This document shows positions 61,248 to 64,000 of a DNA stretch of 64,000 nt, one piece after another. Where the stretch lies: assembly GCF_009914755.1 (NCBI RefSeq), contig NC_060930.1; one strand, 5' to 3'. The notes below the pieces were generated by a model. The model had not been told where the DNA came from. It did not search any database and saw nothing but the letters and a program-made list of their open reading frames with translations. A program made the translations under genes and the position numbers. Each line of letters begins with the position of its first letter. Positions within the stretch are counted from its first letter, which is position 1. This DNA is from the human T2T-CHM13v2.0 reference genome, Homo sapiens.

Positions 61248-61344
61248 AACCTAGTGTAACCTAGTGTTGCTATTCCTGTATGAGGAGGCTTTTTCCTCTC
61301 TGGAGACTTTCGTGATTTTTGTCTTCATTAGAAATATTGTATTA

Positions 61345-61670
<326 letters not shown>

Positions 61671-63087
61671 CTAATAGTGCTAATATGCTTGCTGTGTGTC
61701 TTCTTTCATTCATTGGGCTGGAGATGCAGTGGGTCTTTTAAACTTGAGACTCATGTTCTTTCTTTTGGGGAAATGTCTTTGTTTGTTTGTTTTTTAGGCT
61801 ATCCAAGTGATGCAGTGGGACTTGTATTATTTCTTAATAATTTCTTCTTCACCATTTTGTCTCCTAACTGAAGTTACTCTTAAATGTATTTTGAGCCTCT
61901 TGGACTGATCTGCTAAGTCCATATTTTTAATCCCCATTTTCTCTCTTCTCATCTTTCTTTTTTCTTTCTAGGAAACTTGTTCCACGGTCATCTTCCAATT
62001 CCATTATTAAACTTCGTGTATCATCTATTCTCATTATAATTTCAGTGAGATTTTGTCTTCTAATAGTTACTTTTAGTTCTCATTGTCCAGAATCTAGTTA
62101 TAGGGCATACCTACTTTCAAGAAATACTGTATTTTTTCAGCCAGGGAAGTAGTGTGACCTGCTAAAAATCAGTATTCTGTTACTAAGGAGGGGGAGAAAG
62201 TATAATGTGGATGACAACTAGATTCCTCTATAACAAGTTCCAAACAATTAATTTAGATAAAATAATAATGCAATTACAATTGCATTATTTGGTTTGGTTT
62301 ATATCAGTAGGCCTTCCTGTCATGAAGTAGAATAAGTGATGAGAAGTACGCATTGGAGAAAATTTATGTTAAATAGGATAATTATTGAAAACAAATACAT
62401 CTGACCCAAATACCTTTTTGACTTTTAAATTCAGCACAAAACTTCAATTTAGAATTAATCAACCCCATAACTCCTAAAATATATGATGTGTTAATATAAT
62501 AAAATTATGCTTGTAACAAATTACAGTCAGAGGTCTAATTCTTACTTTAAAATTGTAGTAAATTGCACCAGTTACTTTTATTCCCCTGATCAAAGTCTGC
62601 CTTTTTTTTTAATTACTGAAAGCATCATACACTTGCTCAGATTTTAGAAGGACATAGTAGGGCTGAGGAAGGAAGGATAAGCCGTCTGACAAGTTTTGTC
62701 AGCCAAACCAACCTCCCACATCCATGTGATGATGGATACCATAGTCTCTTTCTCCTCATTTTTTATGAATTTATTTAGATTCTATTTCTACCCTTCCTTT
62801 TGGTCAGCTCTTGACTGAAACAATATAAATCTTAGAAAAACTTGTATTAACATTAAAAAATTTGCCAGATGACAATGAAACAATTCTATGATCAGAAAAC
62901 TTAAACTTCTAATTGAGGAGACAGTATTAGTGGAAGATGCAAATCTTCCACATCACTTGAAATCTTGTTCCTGAATATAAAGCCCTCATTGGATCAGCTA
63001 GAGAATATTTGTTAAATGTTTATTGAGTTACTTTAACTATATTGAATTAATACTGACATTTCTATCTATTAAAATATTTAAGTTACA

Positions 63088-64000
63088 AGTGTAAAACCCA
63101 AAACTATAAAAAACCCAGAAGAAAATTTAGGCAATACCACTCAGAACATAGGCAGGGGAAAAGATTTCATGACAAAAATATCAAAAGCAATTGCAACAAA
63201 AGCAAAAATTGACAAATGGGACCTAATTAAACTAAAGAGCTTCTGCACAGCAAAAGAAACTATAATTAGAGTGAACAGATAACTTACAGAATGGGAGAAA
63301 ATTTTTGCAATCTATCCATCTGACAAGGGTTTAATATCCAGAATCTACAAGGAACTTAAACAAATTTACAAGAAAAAAACCAACAATCCCATAAAAAAAA
63401 TGGGCAAAGACGCGAACAGACACTTCTCAAAAGAAGACATTTACGCAGCCAACAAACATATGAAAAAAGGTCAGCACTGATCATTAGAGACATGAAAATA
63501 AAAACCACAATGAGATACCATCTCACACTAGTCAGAATGGTGATTATTAAAAGTCAAGAAAAAACAGATGCTGGTGAGGCTAGGGAGAAATAGGAATGCT
63601 TTTACATTGTTGGTGGGAATGTAAATTAGTTCATCAATTGTGGAAGACAGTGTAGCGATTCCTCAAGGATCTAGAAACAGAAATACTCTTTGACCCAGCA
63701 ATCCCATTACTGGGTATATACCCAAAGGAATATAAATCATTCTACTATAAAGACACATGCACAAATATGTTTATTGCAGCACTATTCACAATAGAAAGAC
63801 AGGGAATCAACCCAAATGCCCATCAAAGATAGACTAGATAAAGAAAATGTGGTACATATACACTATGGAATACTTTGCAGCCATAAAAAGGAACAAGATG
63901 ATGTCCTTTGCAGGGACATGGGTGGAGTTGGAAGCCATTATCCTCAGCAAACTAATACAGGAACAGAAAACCAAACAATGCATGTTCTCAGTCATAAGTG
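63088..64000 (+). mobile_element. Older L1PA (about PA8-13) 3' ORF2 region, continues past window end
   Basis: AAATTGACAAATGGGACCTAATTAAACTAAAGAGCTTCTGCACAGC...TTTGCAGGGACATGG...ATGTTCTCAGTCATAAGTG. Confidence 0.92.

Noticed and set aside
62264-62289. Short AT-rich hairpins (also 3460-3481 and ~50263-50289)
   Set aside because: Stems of 10-12 bp in very AT-rich DNA are plausible by chance or simple slippage, with no supporting context.

Overview
AT-rich primate (hominoid, probably human) genomic DNA that looks intergenic or deep intronic. I can support no host protein-coding gene, RNA gene or CpG island. Nearly all long ORFs are LINE-1 ORF1/ORF2 remnants, their antisense shadows, or Alu- or microsatellite-derived. 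The window is a stack of transposable elements. It holds one near-full-length but dead L1PA4-like element (10971-17113) inside an MLT1 LTR, two young 5'-inverted L1PA2/3 insertions with clear target-site duplications (TSDs), and many older L1PB/L1M, L2 and MIR pieces. There are also several Alus, THE1/MLT1/MLT2 LTRs and DNA-transposon MITEs (MER2, Tigger4a, MER20, MER5, MER58, and a piggyBac MER75 retaining the start of a PGBD4-like transposase). I did not find a new biological system. The most unusual signals are structural: (i) an L1 at 32765-33940 whose inversion duplicates its own 3' end into perfect 55-bp inverted arms, (ii) two short locally templated insertions (44 bp and about 72 bp), (iii) an old ~590-bp block at 43.7-46.8 kb whose second copy is split into a direct half and an inverted half, and (iv) several template-switch palindromes. 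Subfamily names come from recalled consensus sequences, not a database search. Boundaries of old repeats are approximate (tens of bp).
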